Origin: a virus
Length of the DNA stretch: 64,000 bases
IMG/VR virus record: IMGVR_UViG_3300023174_000068
Span: 32,001 to 96,000 of that record
Strand: one strand, 5' to 3'
Position 1 is the stretch's first letter. Each line of letters starts with the position of its first letter. The translations under genes and the position numbers were made by a program. Positions 38,228-47,428 of this stretch are shown here, in pieces. The notes beneath the pieces were generated by a model. That model did not search any database and had not been told where the DNA came from. It saw nothing but the letters and a program-made list of their open reading frames with translations.

Positions 38228-38293
38228 AATGTTTATATACAAATAAATTACAAAAGTTAAATTTAGAAGACCTCTGAAATTATATATAGTTCA

Positions 38294-39325
38294 ATGATTG
38301 GTGAAAGGTTTAATTTTGAAGATGTTTTTTTTAGAGACCTTACTGTTTGTGTATTGGACACTTTTGAAGGTCAAATAAAATGGGTGAATCGATTCAGCTC
38401 AGGTGATGTAAATGTGAACGTGCCTTTTTACTACTCTTTGACAGGTGATGAGAGGTTTTTACTAGACTCATTTAGCGATGATATTGTATCTGAAAATCGT
38501 TTTGTTGAATTAAACACTGATATTATTCCAAGAGGCCATTTGACGATGACAGGATTTAATATAAGATCAGATGAATTTGCAAATCCGAATGTCTGGCTAA
38601 GAATGGTAGTGGAAAACGAAATCGAAATTAGAAAAATTTTAGCCAGAGTTAGAAGTATTCCTATAACTGTAAATTACGACTTAACTGTGTTATTGTCGTC
38701 TGAAGTAGACACTTTCAAATGTTCTCAAGCTATCATGGACACACTTTGGATGTATAAATATATGTATTTTGAATACAATTTTATGAATATAGACGCCATG
38801 ATACTGATGCCGGATACAAATACTATTCAGATATCTCGCGAGAAAAATCTGACGTCGGATAATTCAATAACACTTAAAGTTTCTTTTGAAGTACACACTT
38901 ACTACCCAGCAATGAGAAAAGACAGAATCAACTCAGAGGGTTACACAAGAACATATGGTGATGGATCTACGTTTGAAGGAACAAATGGTGAGCCACCGGC
39001 TTTTTTCCCAGTTGGTCAATATCCAATAAACGATGGTTCACTTCAGCCCCCGTTTGTTCAGCCACCATTTCCACCAATTACAGGAGCCACGGGTGCAAAT
39101 GTTAACATACCCCCAGTTTTTCCAGAAGAATTTCCAAAAAAGAAACAAAATCCGAGTCTTTTTAATGATCCTGATTATTTCATGATAGCACCTAAAAGAA
39201 CAAAGTGGTTCAATAATATTCTACAAGCCAGAGAAAAAAATGCTAGGTTGAATAATATCAATGCTGGTAGTAATCCATCTCCTCCAAAAGGAGGCTCGAA
39301 CCGACCAACAAATCCAAATTCATAA
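38294..39325 (+). CDS. gp15: Tail terminator / sheath stabiliser (gp15-like)
   Basis: VNVPFYY, IPRG...TG, IPITVNYDL and SQAIM pattern; Pro-rich C-terminal extension. Confidence 0.65.
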   Translation: MIGERFNFEDVFFRDLTVCVLDTFEGQIKWVNRFSSGDVNVNVPFYYSLTGDERFLLDSFSDDIVSENRFVELNTDIIPRGHLTMTGFNIRSDEFANPNVWLRMVVENEIEIRKILARVRSIPITVNYDLTVLLSSEVDTFKCSQAIMDTLWMYKYMYFEYNFMNIDAMILMPDTNTIQISREKNLTSDNSITLKVSFEVHTYYPAMRKDRINSEGYTRTYGDGSTFEGTNGEPPAFFPVGQYPINDGSLQPPFVQPPFPPITGATGANVNIPPVFPEEFPKKKQNPSLFNDPDYFMIAPKRTKWFNNILQAREKNARLNNINAGSNPSPPKGGSNRPTNPNS

Positions 39326-39407
39326 GTTTACCAGCAGGAAAAAAGAAAAAATTGACTTTTAATTAATAATATATAGAGTATTAAACTAAAAAATATTTTA
39401 AAAAAAT

Positions 39408-40691
39408 ATGAAGAATCTTAAATTAGAATTGTTCAATTTCAAAAGGAGTCTAACCTTAGACCAAGAAGAAATTTGTCAAATTGTCGAAGGGCATATGAAT
39501 GCATGTGACACGCATTCAGAAAAAAACATCGTTATGTCATTAAACGAAAGATTAAAGCCTTATACTTATGACAAGTCAGTAAAGTCTCTACTCGAATCTC
39601 TAAACGATGATATGTCTAATTATGAGCTATTATATGAGTTAAAAAACTTATATAATGTACTTAATTCAAAAAATCAAGGTGAGCTTTACAGACAGCCAAT
39701 TAATGTCATTTTACAAACAATTAATTTAGATTCTGACCAAGATAGACTTTCAAAAATATTAAATGAACTTTCTGTATATGATTGGGTTCCGGAAATTAAA
39801 TTATTTGTTCACAATTTAACAAAATCACCTGAAAAAAGAGCAAATCTTTTGAGTGGAGGCAAATCTGAATCCGTTTACACAATTGTTGAAACAGTAGAAG
39901 ATGGACACATCGCTCTAATCAAAGATTCTTGGTTTCTTTTGACAGAAAATTCAATTGAAAAGACTCTTTTAGAAAATAATGTTAAAAACGAAGAGGAATT
40001 GACTACTTTAAGAACTCTACAAACAGCTATGAACTATGCTACAATTGTTGAGGATAGAATTAATTTTAGAATATCCGAATATCTAACACTTGGGATGTCT
40101 GTTTCAAAGAAAGGTTTACTTTTTGTAAACGATGATGAATTAAACGAAGAAACTACTTTAGAATCTTTATTTTCTTCTCCTATTGTGCCGATTGTAAACA
40201 AAAACTTTTATCCAATGTTACAAACAGTATCTGAAAACTTAGATAAATTCGTTGAATTAGACGTAGTTAAAAGAGTAACAAATTTGATAAATCCTTATTT
40301 GGAATGCTTTGCTTTTAACTATAAAAATAATGTCTATCTTTATAGATGCGACGAAAGATACGGAAACTCCTTCTTTAAATATGAATCTGCATTAGAACTT
40401 GTTAATGAAATAAAGAATGAATTAAATTATGATTTAACATATTTCTTTGAAGACAAACTTTCAAAAGAATTAGTTGTTAAGAGAAAACTTGAAGATAAAG
40501 AAAGAGAAGTAACACTAAAATTAGAAGATGTTAAATTCAATATTGAGAAAGTCAAAAGTTCAATCAAACTAATCGGAGAGTCTGAAGTATTAACAACAGC
40601 ACTTAAAAACTTAGAAAAAAGAAAAACGGTTCTTGAATCCGAATTGAACGGAGTAAAAGAATTACAATACAACGAAAGAATTAAACTTTAA
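39408..40691 (+). CDS. Hypothetical, probably structural, protein
   Basis: 427 aa with a C-terminal coiled coil, AATATATA upstream and a terminator downstream. Confidence 0.7.
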   Translation: MKNLKLELFNFKRSLTLDQEEICQIVEGHMNACDTHSEKNIVMSLNERLKPYTYDKSVKSLLESLNDDMSNYELLYELKNLYNVLNSKNQGELYRQPINVILQTINLDSDQDRLSKILNELSVYDWVPEIKLFVHNLTKSPEKRANLLSGGKSESVYTIVETVEDGHIALIKDSWFLLTENSIEKTLLENNVKNEEELTTLRTLQTAMNYATIVEDRINFRISEYLTLGMSVSKKGLLFVNDDELNEETTLESLFSSPIVPIVNKNFYPMLQTVSENLDKFVELDVVKRVTNLINPYLECFAFNYKNNVYLYRCDERYGNSFFKYESALELVNEIKNELNYDLTYFFEDKLSKELVVKRKLEDKEREVTLKLEDVKFNIEKVKSSIKLIGESEVLTTALKNLEKRKTVLESELNGVKELQYNERIKL

Positions 40692-40710
40692 TTATTTGAA
40701 ATAAATTTTG

Positions 40711-40736
40711 AAACCCTCTTTTTAAGAGGGTTTTTT
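40711..40736 (+). terminator. Intrinsic terminator
   Basis: AAACCCTCTT-ttt-AAGAGGGTTTTTT. Confidence 0.85.
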
Positions 40737-40893
40737 ATTTTAATAAACTTTTTTGATGAATAAGTATATAACATGAAAAAAAAGTTAGATTTAATATGAT
40801 TCATACAGTAAGAAAATTAAAACTAATTCAAAATTCCAAACTAAATAAAAAATACTTTTCTGATTTTTTATTCAAAAAAATAATCCTAAAGCC

Positions 40894-41259
40894 ATTTATC
40901 TAAATAATAAAGATCTCTTCGTAGAGATTATCGTGTCTAAAGCACAAGGAAAATTAACAAGAAACGCAGAAAAAATGCTAGAACTCTTAGCAAAGAAAAC
41001 TGTTAAAAAAATGAGATACTGGTCAAATGACGACAAATTAGATTGTTATCAATCGGGTCTGTTAGATATGTTTCAAAACTGGTATAATTTCAATGAAGAA
41101 AAATCGACTAACGCATTTGCCTACTTCACGGAGATATTTAAACGCGGCTTGGCCAAGGGATTTAACCAAATATACTCCAAAAAAGGAGACAGCGATAATC
41201 AAATAAAACTGCTCTCTATTGAAGGATCTAATGAAGGACAAGGTCTACACTCAATCTGA
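40894..41259 (+). CDS. gp55: Late-transcription sigma factor (gp55-like); start uncertain (ATT 40894 or GTG 40933)
   Basis: YLNNKDL (compare T4 gp55 YVNNKEL) is in frame upstream of the GTG; WYNFNEEKSTNAFAYFTEI matches the gp55 NxFAYFTQI motif. Confidence 0.75.
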   Translation: MYLNNKDLFVEIIVSKAQGKLTRNAEKMLELLAKKTVKKMRYWSNDDKLDCYQSGLLDMFQNWYNFNEEKSTNAFAYFTEIFKRGLAKGFNQIYSKKGDSDNQIKLLSIEGSNEGQGLHSI

Positions 41260-41280
41260 TAAAAAAAAACAACCTAATCG

Positions 41281-41310
41281 AACCTAATCAAAAAATTGAT
41301 TAGGTTTTTT
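41281..41310 (+). terminator. Intrinsic terminator
   Basis: AACCTAATCAA...TTGATTAGGTTTTTT. Confidence 0.8.
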
Positions 41311-41336
41311 TATTTAATATATAAGAAAAAACCACT

Positions 41337-41711
41337 ATGAAAAAAATAAAAAAAATTATATCCAATTTCAACGATTATCTAGCAGATAGACTTTCTTATG
41401 TTCTATCAATTATGTTAACTTTTTATGTGATTAGTTTTCTTGTTGCTGTTCCACTTTTTTACACTCAACCAACAACAGTAGTAGCGTGGGCATCTTATCT
41501 TTGCTCAGTAGTATTTCAAGGTTTAGCTCTACCAGTGCTCGGATACACAGCTCGAAAATCTGGTGAAAAATCAGATAAAATGATGAGCGATATGTACAAA
41601 ATGACCAAAAAAATTGAGGAATTAACAGAGTTAATTGAAAAACAACAACAACACTTAGAAAAAGATGTTGAAGAAATAATTGATATAGAGAAGTCTAAAA
41701 AGAATATTTAA
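41337..41711 (+). CDS. Two-TM membrane protein with C-terminal coiled coil
   Basis: Two hydrophobic helices; SVVFQGLALPVL. Confidence 0.65.
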   Translation: MKKIKKIISNFNDYLADRLSYVLSIMLTFYVISFLVAVPLFYTQPTTVVAWASYLCSVVFQGLALPVLGYTARKSGEKSDKMMSDMYKMTKKIEELTELIEKQQQHLEKDVEEIIDIEKSKKNI

Positions 41712-42790
41712 ATATCTGTAAAAACAGTTCTAATCATACGCTCAGTGACTAAGTATGGGTCGCAGTTTGAAGCGGGTCTTCTGTCTTCAAAATATCCTTT
41801 TCCATCAATCACAGATTGAGCGGGTATGCGAATTGATGTGTCTCGTGTGCTATATCCAAAACTAAATTCATGTATACCAGACGTTTCGTGTTCACCTGTT
41901 AGTCTCTCTTCATTAAAAAGGCCATAGACTTCTATGTGATTGATATGGTTTGATTCTAATTTAGACATAGTCTCTTTGATAATTTCAAATCCGCCATTTT
42001 CTCTCATTGATGGAGTAGAGAAATTTACATGACAACCGGTGCCGTTCCAGTCACCTTTAATAGGCTTAGGGTGTAATGATACGTTTGTATTATATCTCTC
42101 GGCCACTCTCTGTAAGATATAACGAGATATCCAGAGTTGATCAGAACCGTTAATTGGAGTAACTGGTCCGATTTGATATTCCCATTGCCCAAGAAGAACT
42201 TCGGCATTTATTCCAGAAATTTCCAGACCAATTTCTAGACACATATTCATGTGATTTTCAACAATCTCTCTTCCAATAACTGTATCGGCTCCTATTCCAC
42301 AGTAGTAATCACCTTGTGGTCTTGGCATTTCTGATGGCTCATCTGTTGTAAATCCTAAAGGCAGACCTACACCATCTGAAAATGGACTTTTTGGTTTATG
42401 AGTTAATGTGTATTCCTGTTCCCAGCCAAACCAAGGAGAATCATTTTTTTCAACATTGTCATTTATATTAAATTCTAGCAGTGTCTCTGAAAGCATGTGT
42501 CTTTTGTTTGAAATGTGTGGAGTTCCATCAGGATTCAAAACTTCACAAAGTACCAGTTTATCATATACACTTCTTAGCGGATCTCTTACTACAAAAACAG
42601 GTTTAAGTAAACAGTCTGTATTTTCACCACGACCTGCTTTTGCTTGGTTTGTGGAGCTTCCGTCGAAAGACCACATTTGGTATAGTTCAATATTATTATC
42701 CAATCCATCTGATTCGACAATTTTGGTCTTACTTCTTAAATTCTGTGGTTCATTCCCATCAAGCCAGATATATTCTAGTTTAATTTTCAT
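41708..42790 (-). CDS. glnII: Glutamine synthetase type II
   Basis: EYIWLDG, LRSKT, WSFDGSSTNQA, EQEY, GINAEV..GQWEYQ, DWNGTGCH, RLTGEHET, EDRRPASNCDPY. Confidence 0.96.
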   Translation of the reverse strand: MKIKLEYIWLDGNEPQNLRSKTKIVESDGLDNNIELYQMWSFDGSSTNQAKAGRGENTDCLLKPVFVVRDPLRSVYDKLVLCEVLNPDGTPHISNKRHMLSETLLEFNINDNVEKNDSPWFGWEQEYTLTHKPKSPFSDGVGLPLGFTTDEPSEMPRPQGDYYCGIGADTVIGREIVENHMNMCLEIGLEISGINAEVLLGQWEYQIGPVTPINGSDQLWISRYILQRVAERYNTNVSLHPKPIKGDWNGTGCHVNFSTPSMRENGGFEIIKETMSKLESNHINHIEVYGLFNEERLTGEHETSGIHEFSFGYSTRDTSIRIPAQSVIDGKGYFEDRRPASNCDPYLVTERMIRTVFTDI

Positions 42791-42860
42791 TTTTTTATTT
42801 TTTTTATTTTTTTATTCAACAAAGTTTTAAATTAATAATATAGAAGTTTCAAATACTTTA

Positions 42861-43139
42861 ATGAAAGAAGTCTATATTCAACTTTGGGAAATTTGGCTAA
42901 TTGATAATTCTATTCAATCCGATGGTTGTTCTTTGCATATTTCATTAAGTTCTAGAAATAATTTTTTACAAAACTTAGAAAGAAATACCACAGAGCGACC
43001 GGTCGGTAAGCAAGAAATTGTTTATGTTGACAATTCAATTTATCAAATATTAAAAAGAAAATCCGATATAAGACTCTCAGAAGTTGAATTTAATAATTCA
43101 TTAAGTTTAAAAAGAATCGAAGTTTATGATAATGTTTAA
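42861..43139 (+). CDS. Hypothetical protein
   Basis: 92-aa ORF containing DGCSLH. Confidence 0.6.
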   Translation: MKEVYIQLWEIWLIDNSIQSDGCSLHISLSSRNNFLQNLERNTTERPVGKQEIVYVDNSIYQILKRKSDIRLSEVEFNNSLSLKRIEVYDNV

Positions 43140-43452
43140 TCTTATTTCACTAATTTTCATTTTCTCTAATTCTTACTATATCTACCATTATAAAAGACTA
43201 GATGAACCGATTAGAGTCAGGGATTTCAATAAAAAATTAGATTTAGTTTATTATAGCCTTAAGCCTCTTTTTATAATCTGGCTCTTAATTGGTATATTTT
43301 TACAAGTTTCTAATATCTATTTAGTGCTATCTTTTTTGATTATTTTAAGATTTCCTTTATATTATACAAATAAATCATTGTATTCACGATATCACCGTAT
43401 TGTTCCTGTGGTAAACATCGTTCTACTTAGTTTGTTGTTGTTTAACTTATAG
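43126..43452 (+). CDS. Hypothetical membrane protein
   Basis: Several hydrophobic segments. Confidence 0.6.
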   Translation: MIMFNLISLIFIFSNSYYIYHYKRLDEPIRVRDFNKKLDLVYYSLKPLFIIWLLIGIFLQVSNIYLVLSFLIILRFPLYYTNKSLYSRYHRIVPVVNIVLLSLLLFNL

Positions 43453-43974
43453 GTTAAATTTTTTTAAGTGATCTTCTGTAATTATTATAAACTCAAATCC
43501 CTTTTTTTGACACCAAGAAATCATAGTGTCCCATTTTTGTTTATTTTTATAAGCCATTTTTAGATCGTATTCAAAGTTTTTGAGTTTCTTTCCCCTGTTT
43601 TCAGGAATTTCCAATCTGCCTTCATTTAGGGCTAACACCATGTTATATTCTTTTTGAGGTTTGACTTCAACTACTACCTTTTTTGTTAGAGTCTCATTAA
43701 TTTTCATTTCATAATAAAAGTCAGGATAGTACGAGTGTTCTTTTATTTTAGTATCACCTTTATCAAAGTGTGTCATCTGGTATGGAATTTTCAAACATTC
43801 CGCGCCCCAAATAGATATTTTATCATTGTGGTCTAACCAAGTCATTATCTTTTTCTCCCAACTGCTTCGAAAAAATACGCCTCCAAGTGAATTTAATTTC
43901 AGCACTTTTTCTTTAAACTTTGGAATATAATTGCCCTGGTTATAGTTTGAGTTGTTGGGTTTAGCGTTTATCAT
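43447..43974 (-). CDS. gp4: Head completion nuclease (gp4/TnsA-like)
   Basis: RSSWE, WGAE..KIPY, YYPDF, VEVKP, NKQKW and FIIITE. Confidence 0.85.
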   Translation of the reverse strand: MINAKPNNSNYNQGNYIPKFKEKVLKLNSLGGVFFRSSWEKKIMTWLDHNDKISIWGAECLKIPYQMTHFDKGDTKIKEHSYYPDFYYEMKINETLTKKVVVEVKPQKEYNMVLALNEGRLEIPENRGKKLKNFEYDLKMAYKNKQKWDTMISWCQKKGFEFIIITEDHLKKFNL

Positions 43975-44007
43975 AATTTATATATAAATAAAACAATCTC
44001 TGAGTAA

Positions 44008-44715
44008 ATGGGTGAATTATATGATAGATTTAAACTAAATAAATTGGTTAGTTCTAACGACCCGGTAAGTTATTTCAAAGAAAACTCAATAGATTTTTAT
44101 AAATCTTACACCAAATCAACTGAACAAATAAAAGCAATTCCCGTAAGACTGATGATACCGGGAAAATTTTATTTTCTACATTACAAAGATGATTCTAATT
44201 GGATAAGATACTCACCTGTATTTATAACCGAACAGAAACTTTATGAATCGAATATTCTTTTTACATGTGTAAATTTCAACTTTATACCACTTGAGATTAG
44301 AATACTTTTTTTTGATAAGTATATTAAAGAATTAGACTTTCAACAGGATATAAAAAAGAAAGGAAATCACTTTATAAAAGTAAAACATGAGATTATTTAT
44401 AGAGAATTAAAAAAATTACGACTGGAATATAGCATCCAACCCTATAACGCTGCTCAAATAGTGACCTGTCATAGAATAATGATGGAAGACTTACCCAGAT
44501 TTTTATTCTCGGCTCACCCAAAAAACAAATATGATCCAAAGAAGTTAATCGAAATTTGGAAAACAAAAGCAAAAAATTCCGATCAAAGAGATGATGAGAT
44601 GATGAAATTGACTACCGAGGACCTTTACAACTTTGACAAAGATTTTATGCAAAAGTTTGATACTTTAAGCTCCCATATCGAAAGGTTTAGAAAGAGTATT
44701 GAAAAGTGGGGCTAG
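44008..44715 (+). CDS. DNA end protector-like protein (gp2-like)
   Basis: PGKFYFLHY...YSPVF...NFNFIPLEIR resembles T4-like gp2. Adjacent to gp4, as in T4-like phages. Confidence 0.6.
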   Translation: MGELYDRFKLNKLVSSNDPVSYFKENSIDFYKSYTKSTEQIKAIPVRLMIPGKFYFLHYKDDSNWIRYSPVFITEQKLYESNILFTCVNFNFIPLEIRILFFDKYIKELDFQQDIKKKGNHFIKVKHEIIYRELKKLRLEYSIQPYNAAQIVTCHRIMMEDLPRFLFSAHPKNKYDPKKLIEIWKTKAKNSDQRDDEMMKLTTEDLYNFDKDFMQKFDTLSSHIERFRKSIEKWG

Positions 44716-44717
44716 TC

Positions 44718-45077
44718 TTATTCAAATATTAGATCTATTGAATTGTCTCTGTAAACCTGTTTAGTAATATCTCCTAAAATTGAATCTATCAACTTTTCGT
44801 AAATATCATCAACTTGAAGTGTTTCGTATTGATTGAGTGTGGCTAAATTTTTATTGTACCAACTATAAAAGAAATCGCAACAACACTCGATTAATTCTTC
44901 AAATGTGAAGTCATCTCTAAATAAATAACTACAATAAAGAACTTTGAAACCAAATTGATTCGATGTAGACGAGCCCCAAGACGGATTCTCATAGGAAATT
45001 ATTACAGCGGTATTCCAGATTATCTCAATAGTGAATCCAAGTTCTTTTATTTTATCTAAGTGGTCAGTAAATTGCAT
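44718..45077 (-). CDS. Hypothetical protein
   Basis: 119-aa ORF. Confidence 0.65.
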   Translation of the reverse strand: MQFTDHLDKIKELGFTIEIIWNTAVIISYENPSWGSSTSNQFGFKVLYCSYLFRDDFTFEELIECCCDFFYSWYNKNLATLNQYETLQVDDIYEKLIDSILGDITKQVYRDNSIDLIFE

Positions 45078-45079
45078 AA

Positions 45080-45412
45080 TTAATTAGTCCTTTCGTAAGA
45101 TTGGAAAACACAAACAAAAACTAAATCAGAGTTTCCGGTATTAAAAACTTTATGAAAGGCCCCGTCAGGGATCAAAATAATGTCATCAGATTTGACATCT
45201 ATTCTTTGGTCGTCTAACTGCATTATACCCGTACCACTTTTAAAGAAATAAACTTCTTCTAATCCAGGGTGTGAATGCCCAGAAGTTTCTTTATTTGGGT
45301 GTAAAATTGTTTTTGATACACAAAGGTTATTTAAGAATCTGTTGTCTTCTACAACATAGACTTCGGTGTCTCTAATTACGTTTCCTGAAATAACGTCACT
45401 ATTGATTTTCAT
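45080..45412 (-). CDS. Cupin domain protein
   Basis: HSHPGLEEVY...IPDGAFHKVFN. Confidence 0.85.
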   Translation of the reverse strand: MKINSDVISGNVIRDTEVYVVEDNRFLNNLCVSKTILHPNKETSGHSHPGLEEVYFFKSGTGIMQLDDQRIDVKSDDIILIPDGAFHKVFNTGNSDLVFVCVFQSYERTN

Positions 45413-45434
45413 AATTATTTTTTTATTTTATATA

Positions 45435-46382
45435 TTATATTCTTTCACCAGTTACTGGATCATAATTTAGAATCAGTAGTTCGACTCCTTTTTCGGCTTT
45501 GCCTTTTGACTCATGATTATTCCCACCGTTTGCGGAACTTCTATTAACTTCCTTTTCAAACCAAAGATATTTATCTTTCGGTAATAACTCTTCTAAGAGT
45601 GGGAAATAATAGTATGATAATGACCATCTACTTTCAATACCTTTAATCAATTCTAAAAGTCTTCTGTGTGAGGCAGGTCCAAATACACCTTCTGCATCAG
45701 ACCCATACCAGAAAAGCCTCTTAGCATCGTCTTCGCCCTTTGATTCGTCAAATCTAGCATAAGGAGGGTCTAAATAAATGTAAGTTTCTGGGCTATCCCA
45801 TTTTAAGATTAGTTCTTGAAAATCAATATTGTTGAACTCGGTGATAGATTGTAGTTTCTGTGTATATTTATTTTTCTTTAATTTAGATATTAAAGATTCT
45901 AATTTAAGTTTATCCGTATCTTTTTTATACCCAGTAAATCCACCGCCTCGTGGATAGACACTGGAAAAACTTGAAGTGATAAGAAATGCGTAAATTGCAG
46001 CTCTTTTAAAGTCACCCATTTCAAAGTCATTGTTGTCTAAAAAATCATTGTCTACATACTTTCTATAGATAGATTTATAGAAATCCCATTTTTTTTGGGG
46101 ATCCGTTTCGGTTGTATTAAGAATTGTTTGTTTCAATTTTTCCAGAACATATAAAAACTTTTCCGGTTCAGCGCAACACTTCATTAGATTGACTTGGTGT
46201 CTATTTTTATCGTTATAAACCACATTTTCAAAATTTAATGTATCATCGTCCATGTAGGTAGCAAAAGAACCCGAAAACGGCTCGAGGTAATTTTTGACAC
46301 CTATTTTGGGTATTTTTTTGTTAATGAAGTCAATAAAAACGGAAGAACTCTTTCCTCCAAAATAAGAAATAACAGCGCACAT
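45435..46382 (-). CDS. dam: DNA adenine methyltransferase (Dam/D12 class)
   Basis: YFGGKS, EPFSGS, YND and YLDPPY. Confidence 0.85.
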   Translation of the reverse strand: MCAVISYFGGKSSSVFIDFINKKIPKIGVKNYLEPFSGSFATYMDDDTLNFENVVYNDKNRHQVNLMKCCAEPEKFLYVLEKLKQTILNTTETDPQKKWDFYKSIYRKYVDNDFLDNNDFEMGDFKRAAIYAFLITSSFSSVYPRGGGFTGYKKDTDKLKLESLISKLKKNKYTQKLQSITEFNNIDFQELILKWDSPETYIYLDPPYARFDESKGEDDAKRLFWYGSDAEGVFGPASHRRLLELIKGIESRWSLSYYYFPLLEELLPKDKYLWFEKEVNRSSANGGNNHESKGKAEKGVELLILNYDPVTGERI

Positions 46383-46460
46383 TTTATTTAAATTTAGTTA
46401 AGGTTTATTTTATATTCTAAAAATTAATATTGTTTCTTTTTTTGAGTAGACCACAATTTG

Positions 46461-46961
46461 CTACAACTGGTCTTCTAGTGAGGGTCTTGTTTTTTTAATC
46501 AGTTCTAATCTAACTTTCATTAAAATTTTACCTAAATTATTCTCACCACTGTTGCCGCATTTTAGGCAATTACAATTTCCCCAAAAATTATCATGCCACC
46601 AGTTTTCTTCGACTAGTTCAAAACCACCAGTGTCAATTAGTTGTTGGGCTAAAGATTCATCAGAGAACTTTTGTGTTATTGCTAAATTCATAAAATCTAA
46701 TTTTTTTTCACCCCAATCTGTTCGGAGTTTGACTCTTTGTCCTATTTTTTTAACATCTTGGGCTAGTGGAATTTTTGAAATAAGTTCTCGTAAATCCGGA
46801 GCAGTGTAGTATTTTCCATCTATAAATTGCAGGGTGTTTACTTTTAGGGCAACATAGAAGTGCTCTACAGATGGGTAAATGATTCCTTGGTGTTCTATTT
46901 TACACGGGTAGAAATTAGAAAGAAAGTAATATCGACCTTGAAATTTCGTTATCTTTGACAT
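46461..46961 (-). CDS. NADAR (YbiA-like) family protein
   Basis: FLSNFY, SVEHFY, KF, LVEEN..HDNFWG and GENNLGKILMKVR. Start placed at MSKITKF. Confidence 0.88.
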   Translation of the reverse strand: MSKITKFQGRYYFLSNFYPCKIEHQGIIYPSVEHFYVALKVNTLQFIDGKYYTAPDLRELISKIPLAQDVKKIGQRVKLRTDWGEKKLDFMNLAITQKFSDESLAQQLIDTGGFELVEENWWHDNFWGNCNCLKCGNSGENNLGKILMKVRLELIKKTRPSLEDQL

Positions 46962-46984
46962 ATAGATTATATATTGTAAAAAGT

Positions 46985-47009
46985 AAAAGTCCACTCTAAG
47001 TGGACTTTT
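46985..47009 (-). terminator. Terminator downstream of the tmRNA
   Basis: AAAAGTCCACT-cta-AGTGGACTTTT. Confidence 0.85.
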
Positions 47010-47013
47010 CAAT

Positions 47014-47380
47014 TGGTGGAGATGACGTTGCACTGCCCAACGTGTCTTCTTTAGTTGATAATAACTATTCGTTCACAAGCTTAGTCACTTTTTCTAAAGT
47101 GGCAAAATAGATGGTTTTTTTGAAAAAACTTCTAAAAACTAACAAAAACCGGTTCCAAATTTACTGTCTGGTTCAGTTGTAGATTTTTTACAATTAAGCA
47201 AATTGTAGCTCTTCTACTTTGAGCAGGTTGTTTTGTAGGGCCGCTACTAAATCTTCACGAGTTCCTACTTGATTTGTGTTGCCATTTACGACAGTGTTAT
47301 CTAATTTATTAGTCGGATATTTAACAAGCCGACACTTGCATAAAAACCACCACACTACGAATCTATTCTATGACATCCCC
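47014..47380 (-). ncRNA. ssrA: tmRNA (367 nt)
   Basis: 5' GGGGAUG pairs with 3' CAUCUCC-A-CCA (G3:U70, discriminator A). T-arm ACGUUG-GGCAGUG-CAACGU; pk1-like stem GUCGG/CCGAC; tag ORF at 47283-47194. Confidence 0.9.
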
Positions 47381-47428
47381 AAATGTGTTTCAATTTATAT
47401 ATCATATATTACAAACCAAAAAAAGTTG

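Noticed and set aside
46962-47033. N-terminal extension of the NADAR ORF
   Set aside because: It runs through the tmRNA 3' end and terminator; ATG 46961 follows the AATATA motif.
47014-47050. Stand-alone tRNA gene
   Set aside because: The CCA end pairs with a 5' end 367 nt away and an internal tag ORF is present, so this is a tmRNA. No tRNAs were recognised in the window.
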